A program made the position numbers and the translations under genes. Positions 9,933 through 20,074 of a stretch of DNA of 64,000 bases are shown here, piece by piece. Each line of letters begins with the position of its first letter. The first letter of the stretch is position 1. Source of the stretch: Candidatus Latescibacterota bacterium (GTDB lineage Bacteria; Latescibacterota; UBA2968; GCA-2709665); NCBI GenBank assembly GCA_965219995.1, contig CBDCOX010000002.1, positions 4,992,001 through 5,056,000 of the forward strand. The letters run 5' to 3'. The notes beneath the pieces were generated by a model, which was not told the DNA's origin, searched no databases, and saw only the letters and a program-made list of their open reading frames with translations.

Positions 9933-10886
9933 ATGACGTTTCGGGAGCTTGGACGAACGGGAATTCGGATCTCGGAAGTGGGGTTGGGATGCTGGCCGAT
10001 CGGTGGTGCGTCATTCCGCGGAGGCAGCCCCACCGGCTGGTCCGGTGTGGATGTCATGGGGTCGATTGAGACCGTCCGCCGTTCCTGGGCGCGCGGTGTG
10101 ACATTCTATGATACAGCGGATGCGTACGGCCGCGGCAAGAGCGAGGTGCTGGTGGGACTGGGCTTGTACGAGAACAAGAACGATGCCGTGATCTGCACCA
10201 AGGTCGGGATGAGTCTCGCGGCGCCGGGGCAGGATTTCTCCGAACCGTATATCCTTGGCGCGCTGGACGCGAGTCTTACGCGCCTGGAGCGCGATACCGT
10301 GGATCTGTATCTGTTGCACGGCCCGCCGCTGGCGGGGATGACCGACGCCCTGTTCGGGTTGATGAGAGACCTGAAGGGGTCGGGCAAGATTCGTGCGTGG
10401 GGCGTTTCGATCAGTCCGGTCGAAACCTCCGACGTGGTTGTGGAGGAAGGGTTGCGCGCGATGGAGGGCGGCGCCGAGGCGATTCAACTGGTGTACAACA
10501 TCCTTCAGCAGAAGGAGGGCGACGCCCTGTTTCCCGCGGCGCAGGAAAAGGGCGTGGGCATGATCGCGCGGGTGCCGCTGGCTTCCGGCTGGCTGACGGG
10601 AAAGTACAATGAACGTACCGAGTTTCCCGCGAACGACCTGCGGAGTATCAGATATACTTCCGAAAGGGTGAGAGAGACGGCGGCGCAGGTCGAAAAGCTG
10701 AATTTTCTGCTGGAGGAGGCGGATTCGATGGTCGACGCGGCGCTGCGGTTCGTCCTTTCGAATCCCGCGGTTTCCACGGTCATTCCGGGGGCGAAGACGC
10801 CCGCACAACTGGACGACATCGTCAACGCGGCCGGGAAGACATTGTCGGCCGGCGCCCTGGATCGGGTCCGGGAACTGTTCGGCTGA
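9933..10886 (+). CDS. Aldo/keto reductase
   Basis: FRELGRTGIRISEVGLG, YDTADAYG, ICTK, VDLYLLH, VPLASG. Confidence 0.92.
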   Translation: MTFRELGRTGIRISEVGLGCWPIGGASFRGGSPTGWSGVDVMGSIETVRRSWARGVTFYDTADAYGRGKSEVLVGLGLYENKNDAVICTKVGMSLAAPGQDFSEPYILGALDASLTRLERDTVDLYLLHGPPLAGMTDALFGLMRDLKGSGKIRAWGVSISPVETSDVVVEEGLRAMEGGAEAIQLVYNILQQKEGDALFPAAQEKGVGMIARVPLASGWLTGKYNERTEFPANDLRSIRYTSERVRETAAQVEKLNFLLEEADSMVDAALRFVLSNPAVSTVIPGAKTPAQLDDIVNAAGKTLSAGALDRVRELFG

Positions 10887-10930
10887 CTCGCGGGACAGGT
10901 AAACCACTCCCACCCATCCCCTCCCCTAAA

Positions 10931-11181
10931 GGCGGTGAGACGGGAGAGGGTAGACGGGAGATGATGTGAGTGCTCTATGGTGTCTCTTGTCGTTACGATA
11001 GCGGTAGATAAACAGGCACGGTTTATGCGGAAACACTGCTGTAAATGTCTTCATCTACCGTCTCCCGTCTTACGTCTCACCGGTTTTGTTGCCCCGTGCG
11101 GTTTTATTTCTTGCCGGAGGCATTAAGGAATAACCATTCGGGCACGGATGTCATCTAACGTCTTGCGTCTCACGTCTCACC
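10931..11181. repeat. Heptamer-bounded modular element, locus 2 (core B + core A)
   Basis: Inverted unit at 10933-10964; direct units at 11051-11082 (identical to 7052-7083) and 11151-11181. Confidence 0.8.
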
Positions 11182-11275
11182 AAAATCAGGAGGCCATACC
11201 GCCGGGAGGCGGGATGTATCACCGGGCGAATGGTGACGTGTTCTTGTGGAAAATCAACAGGGGAGGGTTGCTGAT

Positions 11276-12259
11276 ATGGTCGGATTCGCGGTGGTCGGCC
11301 TGGGAATGGGACAAAACCGGTCAAGACTGATTCGCGCCACGGACGGTGCGGAGTTGAAGGTCGTGGTGGACCTGGACCGAGCGCGCCTGGAAAAGGTGAG
11401 TTCCGAACTGGGTGTGGAGGGTACAACGGACCTGAACGCGGCGCTGGACCGGGCGGACGTGGACGTGGTGATGGTGATGACGCCCAGCGGGACCCACGCC
11501 GACCTGGGCATTCAGGCGGCGCGCGCGGGCAAACACGTGATCACGACCAAGCCCATGGACGTGTCGACCGACGCGTGCGACCGATTGATCGCGGCCTGCG
11601 ACGAGGCCGGCGTGCTCTGCGGCGTGGACTACCAGAGCCGGTACGTCGACAACAACTGGCGCGTGGCCGAGGCGCTGAGGCGGGGCTGGCTCGGCAAGCC
11701 CATTCTCGGCGAGGTGCGTTTCAAGTGGTTCCGGGCGGCGTCCTATTTCGAGGCAAGCGGCGGCTGGCGCGGGACGTGGAAGATGGACGGGGGCGGATCG
11801 CTCGCCAACCAGGGGGCGCACCTTCTGGACGTGCTGTGCTGGTTTATGGGCGACGCGGTTTCGGTCTATGGTGAAATGGCCGTCATGAACCACGAGATCG
11901 AAACGGAGGATATCGGGCTTGCGATCGTGAATTTCGTGAGCGGCGCGAAAGGCACGATTGTCGGCACGACAACGTTTCCGTCGAGCGCGTATTTCAGCGC
12001 CGAAGTTCACGGATCGGACGGCGGGGTGTTGATCGACGACGTGCTTACCGGCAAGATGCGGGTGTTCGGCGAGGGCCTGCAGGAGCGGCTGGCGACGGTG
12101 GAGAATCCACTTCAGAATATCGTGGAGGACGTGGTCAGCGCCGTGGAGAGAAAAACGCAGCTTCGGGTCGACGGACGGGAGGGCCGCCGGACAGTGGCGC
12201 TGCTGGAGGCCGTCTACAAGTCGGCGCGGGAGGGCCGGCCGCTTCAGGTTGGCGCGTGA
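11276..12259 (+). CDS. Gfo/Idh/MocA-family oxidoreductase
   Basis: VVGLGMG, TPSGTH, TKP, GGGSLANQGAHLLD. Confidence 0.9.
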   Translation: MVGFAVVGLGMGQNRSRLIRATDGAELKVVVDLDRARLEKVSSELGVEGTTDLNAALDRADVDVVMVMTPSGTHADLGIQAARAGKHVITTKPMDVSTDACDRLIAACDEAGVLCGVDYQSRYVDNNWRVAEALRRGWLGKPILGEVRFKWFRAASYFEASGGWRGTWKMDGGGSLANQGAHLLDVLCWFMGDAVSVYGEMAVMNHEIETEDIGLAIVNFVSGAKGTIVGTTTFPSSAYFSAEVHGSDGGVLIDDVLTGKMRVFGEGLQERLATVENPLQNIVEDVVSAVERKTQLRVDGREGRRTVALLEAVYKSAREGRPLQVGA

Positions 12260-12325
12260 TTGACGGTTCGTACGATCGTTTCCGTGTCCGCAATCTTCCT
12301 GTCGATTCCACGTATCATGTTCGTC

Positions 12326-12934
12326 TCACGTCGATGGAGAGTCGAGCCTGGCAACGCCGACCATCGCGTCGCGCGTGACGAGCGGGACAAGCGCTTCCTC
12401 GCTGAAGCCCTCCGTGCCGCCGGGACGTTCCGGGAGGACCATATAGCGGAGATCCGAGTTGCTGTCCCAGACGCGGACTTCCACCGAATCGGGCAGATGA
12501 AGGTCGAACTCCTTCAGTACGGCTCGGGGTTCCCGGACGAGTCGGGAGCGGTAGGCGTAGGACTTGTACCATCCGGGCGGCAGGCCGAGCAGCTGCCAGG
12601 GATAACAGGAGCACAGGGTGCAGACCACAACGTTGTGGACCTCCGGCGTGTTTTCCAGAACGACGATCTCAGCGCCGTCCTTGCCGCTGAAGCCCAGTTC
12701 TGCGATCGCCGCCCTGCCGTTTTCCAGCAGTCTCCGCCTGTAGTCCGGGTCCGTCCAGGCGCGGGCCACCACTCTGGCGCCGTTGAGCGGGCCGATGTCG
12801 TTTTCGTACCTGTTCACGACTTCATCGATGAGTTCGGTCGTGACCAGCCCCTTTTCAACCAGGAGCGATTCCAGCGCTCGTGTGCGCAGCGCCGCGTCGG
12901 ACCCGCCCGGGACCGTTTCTTCCTGTCTGCTCAT
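12326..12934 (-). CDS. nthA: Nitrile hydratase alpha subunit, cobalt type
   Basis: Metal-binding VCTLCSCYP (Thr/Tyr indicate Co type), [22 protein letters not shown]. Confidence 0.95.
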   Translation of the reverse strand: MSRQEETVPGGSDAALRTRALESLLVEKGLVTTELIDEVVNRYENDIGPLNGARVVARAWTDPDYRRRLLENGRAAIAELGFSGKDGAEIVVLENTPEVHNVVVCTLCSCYPWQLLGLPPGWYKSYAYRSRLVREPRAVLKEFDLHLPDSVEVRVWDSNSDLRYMVLPERPGGTEGFSEEALVPLVTRDAMVGVARLDSPST

Positions 12935-12964
12935 GGCAATGGACCCTCTCTGTTCCGGATGCGA

Positions 12965-13636
12965 TTACACGGGTTCGAGGTAGCTTTCCCACATGTCCAG
13001 ATACAATGCGTTTCGGGCTTCGGCCGACTCCCCCCACAATTCGCGGGATGCGAAGCGCACGGCATACAGCGATTGCTCGCGGCGCAAGCACCCCTCGGGC
13101 AGTTCGGCGTCCTGAAGGTCGTGGATTCCGTAAAAGCGCGTGATCGTTCCCGTTTTTCCCCGGACGTAACGTGGAAGCCGCGTGTGCCCTTCGGGGTGGA
13201 TGTTCAGCGCCCGTACCCGGTCGCCCTTTTGAAATTGCGGCCGGACGTCCGCTTGCGACGGCGTGTTTACAGCCGGTCTTCGACTCGCGAGGTCAGCGCG
13301 GACGCCATCCGGGTCGGGGTGGACCGGTGTTTCGGCGCTCGGACTCTTCCGGAACAGCGCCATTCTCGTTTCCAGCTCATCCGCCGTGAGCGCACCGGCA
13401 TCGATCAGGCCCTTGACCCTGGAGTGCAGCCACTTTTCGTAATAGGTGGACGACAGGTAATGTGCAGGATCCATATTTTCGATGTTGTTGCGCGAACCTC
13501 CGGGAACGGGCACGGGTGTGGCCACGGCCATTCCCAGTACGCGCCGTTCCCACTCGTGATGGAACAGGGGTTCGTTTTCTTCGCGTACGACCGGGCCGAA
13601 TCCGTGCATCCCGCCCATATCGTGTATGCCGTCCAT
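12965..13636 (-). CDS. nthB: Nitrile hydratase beta subunit
   Basis: MDGIHDMGGMHGFG, YYEKW, GHTRLPRYVRGK, DMWESYLEP. Confidence 0.95.
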   Translation of the reverse strand: MDGIHDMGGMHGFGPVVREENEPLFHHEWERRVLGMAVATPVPVPGGSRNNIENMDPAHYLSSTYYEKWLHSRVKGLIDAGALTADELETRMALFRKSPSAETPVHPDPDGVRADLASRRPAVNTPSQADVRPQFQKGDRVRALNIHPEGHTRLPRYVRGKTGTITRFYGIHDLQDAELPEGCLRREQSLYAVRFASRELWGESAEARNALYLDMWESYLEPV

Positions 13637-13722
13637 CGCTGCCCCCTTCGGCCCCGGTTTTCACGCGAGTCGGGTTTGGACGCGGATCGACCGAGTGTCC
13701 TGTGCCCTGCCGGATCTTTCGA

Positions 13723-14433
13723 TCAGGCGCTTCTTGTGTCGTTTCCGTCGTACACGACGTTGCCGCGGACACGAATGCGCTTGGGGTTTGGCACATCGGA
13801 CAGCTCGTCCACGCTGTGGTATCCGATGGTCATGCTCATCCGCGTGCCGTCTGTCCGGTTTTCTCCGATGCCGTGGATAATCATGCTGTCGACAACCAGC
13901 ATGCCGCCCGCGGGCATGGGCACGACCACGGCCTGGTGGATGAGGTCCCGCGTCGGCCCGTGGTTGTGAAGGCGACCTTCGATGCCGGGAAAGTGGTGGG
14001 TACCGGGCACGATGAGCGTGGCGCCGTTTTCGGCCGTCGTTTCTTCCAGATAGAAAATCACGGTGAAGATCGTGCGGGACCACTGCCGTACGTCGCGATG
14101 GAAGCCGTCGGGCCCGGTCTCAACCGAGGTGTTCAGGGTCGCGTGGTTGTGCCGGTTCTTGACAAGTTCGATATTGGGCCCCATCAGACACGTCAGGGGG
14201 TCGAGAACGAGGGGGCTGGACGCGGTTTCCAGGAATATGGGGTCTCTGTCCACCAGGTCCGAAATCCGCACCACCCGCCCCGCGCTGTTCCTGACAACCG
14301 GTTCCACCTCAGCCTCGATATCGGCTCGAATGGTCCTCCGGAGCCTTTCGACCGTGGGTTCGGAAATACGGTCCGGCAGCTTCAAAAAGCCGTTATGGCG
14401 AAACAACTGTATCTGTTCGCGAGTGAGGGCCAT
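13723..14433 (-). CDS. Phytanoyl-CoA dioxygenase (PhyH) family Fe(II)/2OG enzyme, canonical HxD
   Basis: FHRD...ENGATLIVPGTH...IIHG...R motifs. Confidence 0.88.
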   Translation of the reverse strand: MALTREQIQLFRHNGFLKLPDRISEPTVERLRRTIRADIEAEVEPVVRNSAGRVVRISDLVDRDPIFLETASSPLVLDPLTCLMGPNIELVKNRHNHATLNTSVETGPDGFHRDVRQWSRTIFTVIFYLEETTAENGATLIVPGTHHFPGIEGRLHNHGPTRDLIHQAVVVPMPAGGMLVVDSMIIHGIGENRTDGTRMSMTIGYHSVDELSDVPNPKRIRVRGNVVYDGNDTRSA

Positions 14434-14522
14434 CGCGGGACGATCCGGTTAACAGTCCGTTGGAAGAGTCGCTCTGCAGGCGAGGCCGGCCGCAGACCGG
14501 ATGGACTTTATCAACGGGCTGA

Positions 14523-14688
14523 AGTGTTCTGTCCCGGAAATAAGTTGCCTAAATTCGGCCGTCGAGTCGCCCGGCTCGCAAGGCGCCAGAGCGCAGGCGA
14601 CCTGGCCAGGTCGGCGAGCGAAGGCAACGCCGCGAGACGGGATGAATCGGCGGAAGAATGGTGAGGTATTTTTGGGACAGGACACTAG
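14523..14688. mobile_element. ~166-bp MITE-like element, copy 1
   Basis: Ends AGTGTTCTGTCCCGGAAATA / TATTTTTGGGACAGGACACTAG; near-identical inverted copy at 21325-21492. Confidence 0.8.
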
Positions 14689-15422
14689 GGTGTCTGTGGA
14701 AAAGGGTGCGGATGACCGATATAGATTCGTTCGCCCGCGACGAGGATTTTCTCCGGGTCTTCTTTGATGACGTCGTGGGCGGCGTGCGTCTGGTAACCCA
14801 GTGTCATACTCCTTCGGGAAACGGTCGAGTTGTTGGTGCCGGAACCGTGGAAGCAGGCGTCGTTGAACAGCAGGACGCCGCCGCGGGGCATGGGCACCGG
14901 GACAGATTTGGCGAATAAGTCGGAGGCCTCGAATTCCCCGCCCGGACGCCGCGGACGCATGAACGGGCGCCGATGGCTTCCCGGCACGATGCGGATGCAG
15001 CCATTGTCCAGAGAGGATTCCTCAAGGTAGATGAGGGCCGTCACCAGTGTCGGCTGGTAGGGTTCTTCCCCGCTGTGCCAGTAGACGTGCTCTGACCCGG
15101 GCGGGCGGACCATGATGTGATTGTGCTTGTTCGTAAGCAATTCGATGTTGGGGCCGAGAATGGACGCGAGTGGATCCAGAACGCAAGGATGGGTTGCCGC
15201 CTGGAGGTATGTACTGTCACGGGAAAGGATCTTCGAGAGCCGACGGACGTCGTCCGGCTCGCGCGAGCCGGTTTTCTCCCAGACAACCGGCTCGACCATC
15301 TCGCGGATCTGTTCGTCGGTCACGGCGTTCAGGCGTTCGACGAGATCGTCCGGCAGGTTTTCCGGAACCGTGTAAAAGCCGTTGTGGTTGAAGTACCAGA
15401 GATCCTCTTCGGTCAGGCCCAA
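14685..15422 (-). CDS. PhyH-family Fe(II)/2OG enzyme with HxG motif (possible halogenase)
   Basis: WHSG...DNGCIRIVPGSH...CFHG...SRR; clear paralog of 13723-14433; TTG start. Confidence 0.85.
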   Translation of the reverse strand: MGLTEEDLWYFNHNGFYTVPENLPDDLVERLNAVTDEQIREMVEPVVWEKTGSREPDDVRRLSKILSRDSTYLQAATHPCVLDPLASILGPNIELLTNKHNHIMVRPPGSEHVYWHSGEEPYQPTLVTALIYLEESSLDNGCIRIVPGSHRRPFMRPRRPGGEFEASDLFAKSVPVPMPRGGVLLFNDACFHGSGTNNSTVSRRSMTLGYQTHAAHDVIKEDPEKILVAGERIYIGHPHPFPQTP

Positions 15423-15782
15423 GACAATTCCCCGCGACTTGTGAACGAACGAAACCGGTGAAACCGGGACACGAGCATCTTCGATATGTTATGGCGCTCC
15501 CGGATGCTCTGTCAAGGGTAATCTGGTGTACGATCCGGAGTCAATGGAACATGGGGCCGGCTGCCCCGCGCTCACGGTTTCGGAGCCTCGAGGCCGATCG
15601 TTTTTTACTGTGGCGTGATTCCCGAAAAACGTTATATTATAGTCTGATAGCGCTTGATGTCCACGCGGAACGGGCGGCATCTCATCGATTCGACCCGCCG
15701 GCGTGGACAGACGACCTGCCGCGGTTGTGCGGAGGTTCCTGCAGGCGCGGTCTGATTGTGTGTTCGTCGAAAGGGTTGGTAC

Positions 15783-17630
15783 ATGCCGAATGCGTTGCTG
15801 GTCAGTCCCCAGAATCCCGTGACGTTCTGGAGTTTTGACGAAGCTCTGAAAATGATCGACAAGAAGGTCGCATTCCCGCCGCTGGGACTCCTGACCATCG
15901 CCGGGATGATGCCCGATTCCTATGACCTGCGCATGGTCGATATGAACGTACACCCGTTGATCGACGAGGATCTCGAGTGGGCGGATATCGTGATCACGTC
16001 CACAATGATCATTCACTGGCACTCATTGGAAGACGTGATTGCGCGCTGCAACCGGATCGGGGTTCCCGTCCTGAACGGCGGCCCGCTGCCGACTCAATAT
16101 TACGAAGAAATCGAGGGTAACGGGGTATTTTACCTGGGTGAGGCCGAAAACGGCTTTATGGATATCGTAGACAGGCTCGCCGCCGCTTCAGGAGAGGTCG
16201 ACCGGGAGTACGTGGACCGCCGCGGGAGTTTTCAGGACCTCGCCGTAACGCCGCTGCCCCGCTGGTCCCTCATCGACTTTGACGACTACAGCAATATGGT
16301 AATCCAGGTTACCCGCGGGTGTCCGGAAAGCTGTACCTTCTGCAATATTCCGTCGCTCTACGGAAAAACGACACGACTGAAGAGCAAGAGCAGGATGATT
16401 CAGGAACTCGATGCGCTCTACAACTCGGGATGGCGCGGCGCCGTGATGGCGGTGGACGATAACTTCGTCGGGAATCGGGAGGCCATCCGGCACGCGCTTA
16501 CGGATGAGGTCGTGCCGTGGCAGCAGGAGCGCGGCTATCCGTTTCAGTTCCACACCCAGGCCAGCATTCGCGTCAGCGACGATCCTGAGTTACTTGAGGC
16601 CATGTACAGCGCGGGGTTCGACAAGGTATTCGCCGGAATCGAGTCTCCGGTAGAGGAAAGCCTGAAATTCATGGGCGCTCAGAAGAACCTGCAGGGCAAT
16701 ACGCCGCTCATGGACAAGGTGAAAATCCTGCAGGAGACCGGATTCGAGGTGCAGGCGGGCTTCATCATCGGGTTGGATACCGATCCGGACGATATCGCGG
16801 AACGGACCATCGCCTTCATCCGCGAGGCGGGCATTCCGGTAGCAATGGTGGGCATCCTCGGCGTATTGCGGGATACTCCGGACTACAAGCGGTTCAGCCG
16901 GCAGGGGCGACTGGTGGAAGGCGCGAAGTACACAGGAGATTCCGGTATTTTCAGTCGTGAATTGAGCTACGTCCCGCTGATCGACCCGGAAACGCTGCTT
17001 GACCGGCACCGGAAGACGGTCGAAATCTTGAACAGTCCGCAGGTTTTCTTTGAGCGGTGCCTCACGTTCTTCAATCACCGGAAACGCCAGCCCGTCGGCA
17101 GCATGCCAATCCGGATGCAGGAAGTCAGGGCGTTCTTCCGTTCAATCTGGCGGCAGGGCGTCTGGAACAGGAATTACCGGTCGGAATACTGGAAATTCCT
17201 CTTGCAGGTGCTCTTCAAGCATCCCGCCAGTCTGTCCGACGCGGTGCGGCTGGCCGTCCAGGGCCATCACCTGATTCTGACGACACAGCGCGCGTTGCAG
17301 GTCGATGAAGTGAAGACGTTTCTGGACGAGGCGATCGAGCATCTGCAGCACTTCCGCAATGGCTACCGGGCGGCCTACCGCAAGAACATGGGGGCGTACG
17401 CCAGCCGGCTGATGCGGACGGTTCACGACCGTCTCGAGCATTTTCAGGACGACCACCGGACGCTTCAACAGCACACCGCGGTGTTCCGCGGGGCGGCGCA
17501 GGAGTACTACCAGGCGACCTGCGAGGAGTTCCGGCACCAGATTCACGAGCCGGTAGAACGATTCCAGCAGGATACGGAACAGCTCCTGCAAACCTTCAAG
17601 GCCGAGCGCGCCGCTCTTCAACAATCCTGA
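15783..17630 (+). CDS. B12-binding radical SAM protein (DUF4070/HpnP-like architecture)
   Basis: PPLGLLTIAG, RGCPESCTFC (CxxxCxxC), VDDNF, GFIIGLDTD. Confidence 0.88.
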   Translation: MPNALLVSPQNPVTFWSFDEALKMIDKKVAFPPLGLLTIAGMMPDSYDLRMVDMNVHPLIDEDLEWADIVITSTMIIHWHSLEDVIARCNRIGVPVLNGGPLPTQYYEEIEGNGVFYLGEAENGFMDIVDRLAAASGEVDREYVDRRGSFQDLAVTPLPRWSLIDFDDYSNMVIQVTRGCPESCTFCNIPSLYGKTTRLKSKSRMIQELDALYNSGWRGAVMAVDDNFVGNREAIRHALTDEVVPWQQERGYPFQFHTQASIRVSDDPELLEAMYSAGFDKVFAGIESPVEESLKFMGAQKNLQGNTPLMDKVKILQETGFEVQAGFIIGLDTDPDDIAERTIAFIREAGIPVAMVGILGVLRDTPDYKRFSRQGRLVEGAKYTGDSGIFSRELSYVPLIDPETLLDRHRKTVEILNSPQVFFERCLTFFNHRKRQPVGSMPIRMQEVRAFFRSIWRQGVWNRNYRSEYWKFLLQVLFKHPASLSDAVRLAVQGHHLILTTQRALQVDEVKTFLDEAIEHLQHFRNGYRAAYRKNMGAYASRLMRTVHDRLEHFQDDHRTLQQHTAVFRGAAQEYYQATCEEFRHQIHEPVERFQQDTEQLLQTFKAERAALQQS

Positions 17631-17712
17631 TGTCCTGTCTCCCGGACAGGCAGCCTTTCTCCCGCCGATTTCTCCCGTCTCGATACGCCGGGTCGGCCTT
17701 GCACCGGTCGCG

Positions 17713-18927
17713 CTACAGCTTCCAGTATTCGTCGATGTCGCGCTGGTAGGCGTTGACCTTTCCACGGAGCACGTCGTTGACCTTGACGACATCGCGGGAT
17801 TTGCCCGATTCGTAGAGTGCTTCGCTCACCGCCTTGCTGCGCAGGCCTTCCTCCGCATCGATTTCCACGTTGCGCCCGGTGCTGATCGCGTCGATAAAGT
17901 CCCAGAGTTCCAGGGGCATGCCGCCGGTGATGCCATAGGGAAACAGACGTTCTTTCTCTTCATTGCTCAAGCTCTTCCGATACATACCCACAACGCGTTC
18001 CATGCTGTACGAAACGCCATCCAGGAGCTGACATTCGCCGCGAAGAGAGCTTGCGGCCGGATGGAAGATATCGTACTCCACGATGGTTCCCTTACTGCCC
18101 GTAAGATTGAGTTGAAGGAATCCCTTGCCGGGGGCGCTGTTGGTCCAGGACCAGGTGCCGATAACGCCGTTCTTGAAATTGAAGATGCTGGTCCAGAAAT
18201 CTTCTCGTGTGTCGTTGATGATGCGTCGTCCCTTCCGGTGCGGGCGTTTTTCGATCTGCTCCACGCGGGCGTAGACGCTGTCTATTTCGCCGAACCAGTA
18301 GCGCATCGTATCCACCCAGTGGGCGCCGCTGTCCATCACCATGCCGCACCCGCCCAGCCGACGGTCCACGCGCCAGTGCCAGTTCGGGAACTTCTGCGGG
18401 TCCTGCCAGGAAGCGCTGGCAGCCAGCCAGAATCGGGGTTCCCCCAGCAGCCCGCCCGCGTTGAAGGCCCAATGAATTGCGCGCTGTCCGACGCTGCGGC
18501 GGCACTGTTCGGCCGTTGCGGCGATGCGTTTGTGTTTTTTTGACGCGGCGATTATCTTCTTCGTGGCTTTCACCGTGATGCCGATGGGTTTCTCGCAGAG
18601 AATATGCACGCCGCCGGCAAGAAGCTCGCATGCCAGGACGTGATGCAGGCCGTGAGGGCCGCAGATGTCGGCGCCGTCCAGATGTTTCTCGCCGTTGAGC
18701 AGTTCTTCCACGGTCCTGTAGGCGTTTACCGGCTCGCCGGTGTGGCTCTCGATCCGGTCTGCCATGTCTCTGGCGCGTTCCGGGATGTCGTCGACGGCAG
18801 CGACAATGCGAAAACGCGTTTCGTTTTTCTCGAGGAGTTCGGCATATCCCCTGAGGTGCGCGCCGGCAATGCCGCCGCAGCCCACCAGGGCGAGGCTCAC
18901 CCGTCTTCCGTTGGATTGTCCGGCCAT
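17713..18927 (-). CDS. Gfo/Idh/MocA-family oxidoreductase
   Basis: LVGCGGIA, PHGLH, CEKP, DSGAHWVD. Confidence 0.9.
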   Translation of the reverse strand: MAGQSNGRRVSLALVGCGGIAGAHLRGYAELLEKNETRFRIVAAVDDIPERARDMADRIESHTGEPVNAYRTVEELLNGEKHLDGADICGPHGLHHVLACELLAGGVHILCEKPIGITVKATKKIIAASKKHKRIAATAEQCRRSVGQRAIHWAFNAGGLLGEPRFWLAASASWQDPQKFPNWHWRVDRRLGGCGMVMDSGAHWVDTMRYWFGEIDSVYARVEQIEKRPHRKGRRIINDTREDFWTSIFNFKNGVIGTWSWTNSAPGKGFLQLNLTGSKGTIVEYDIFHPAASSLRGECQLLDGVSYSMERVVGMYRKSLSNEEKERLFPYGITGGMPLELWDFIDAISTGRNVEIDAEEGLRSKAVSEALYESGKSRDVVKVNDVLRGKVNAYQRDIDEYWKL

Positions 18928-19111
18928 TCCATTCCTTTCCGTCATGAACGCGATGCAGCGCGGCGGCCGTTTGCGCAGGCGGCCCTGTCTCCTGATTGCG
19001 CGTCCCATATTATCGGGTTCGGGTGATTTGTCAAGTCGTTTGTTCGCGTTGAAACGAGACCCGGCAGACCGGGACAAGACGTGTGAGACTTCACCAGGGA
19101 GGTAAGACAGG

Positions 19112-19981
19112 ATGTTGATTGATGCCCACAACCATCCGAACTGGCACGGCTACGATGCAAAGAGAATTCTGAACAACATGGATGAACAGGGAATCGACAG
19201 GATGTGGCTGTTTACCTGGGAGGTTCCGGAAGACGAATACGATCCGTCCTATCACAAGGCCCTGCCTCCCGGCGGGACGGGAATTCCGCTGGAAGACGTG
19301 CTGCAGGTGGGAAGGGAGGCGCGCGACCGCTTCGTGCTGGGCTATTTCCCGCATCCGAAACGGCCCGACGCGGCGGACCGCCTGCGGGCCGCGCATGAGA
19401 TACACGGCATTCAGGTTGCCAGCGAGATGAAGGTGCGGGTCCTGTTCGACGATCCGGACGCGATTCAGCTCTATAGCGCCTGCGCCGACATGAATCTGCC
19501 CATAACGATCCACCTGGACTATCCGATCGATCGTGGCCGGGGGAACTATCCCAGACCGAACTACTGGTACGGCGGGAGTATCGAGGCATTCGAGCGGGCG
19601 GTCGCGGCCTGCCCGGATACCACGTTTATCGGTCACGCGCCGGGGTTCTGGGCGCATATCTCGGGAGACGATCTTTATGACAAAGAGTCGTACCCGCGGG
19701 CGCCGGTACTTCCGGGAGGAAAACTGTGGGATCTGATGCGCCAGTACGACAATCTGTGGGCGGATCTCTCGGCGGGTTCGGCCCTGAACGCCCTCAAGCG
19801 CGACCCCGAGGTCGGAAAGAGATTCCTCGTCGAGTTTCAGGATAAACTGCTTTGGGGTCGGGACTATTTCGACACGGCACTGATGGATTTCTTTCAGGGC
19901 CTTTCGTTGCCACGGAACGCATATGACAAGATAACGTATCGGAACGCGCTGCGTATCCTCGGCGAATCCGAACCGGGGTAG
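19112..19981 (+). CDS. Amidohydrolase_2 family protein
   Basis: IDAHNH, ITIHLD, FIGHAPG, ADLSAGS, LWGRD. Confidence 0.85.
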   Translation: MLIDAHNHPNWHGYDAKRILNNMDEQGIDRMWLFTWEVPEDEYDPSYHKALPPGGTGIPLEDVLQVGREARDRFVLGYFPHPKRPDAADRLRAAHEIHGIQVASEMKVRVLFDDPDAIQLYSACADMNLPITIHLDYPIDRGRGNYPRPNYWYGGSIEAFERAVAACPDTTFIGHAPGFWAHISGDDLYDKESYPRAPVLPGGKLWDLMRQYDNLWADLSAGSALNALKRDPEVGKRFLVEFQDKLLWGRDYFDTALMDFFQGLSLPRNAYDKITYRNALRILGESEPG

Positions 19982-20074
19982 GCGAAACGTCCATGGACGC
20001 ACAAACGCCTCCGGTCGGTCACCTCCGGAGGCGTTTCCCATTCTGGAGTCGTGTCAGTCGCGGTCCTGACGTCG

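Noticed and set aside
7008-11181. 32-bp direct repeats as a CRISPR array
   Set aside because: Only 2-3 units per locus, intervening lengths of 12-86 bp, spacers reused between loci, internal heptamer periodicity and no cas genes.
12260-13969. 569-aa plus-strand ORF
   Set aside because: Antisense shadow of nthA, nthB and phyH; no recognisable motifs.
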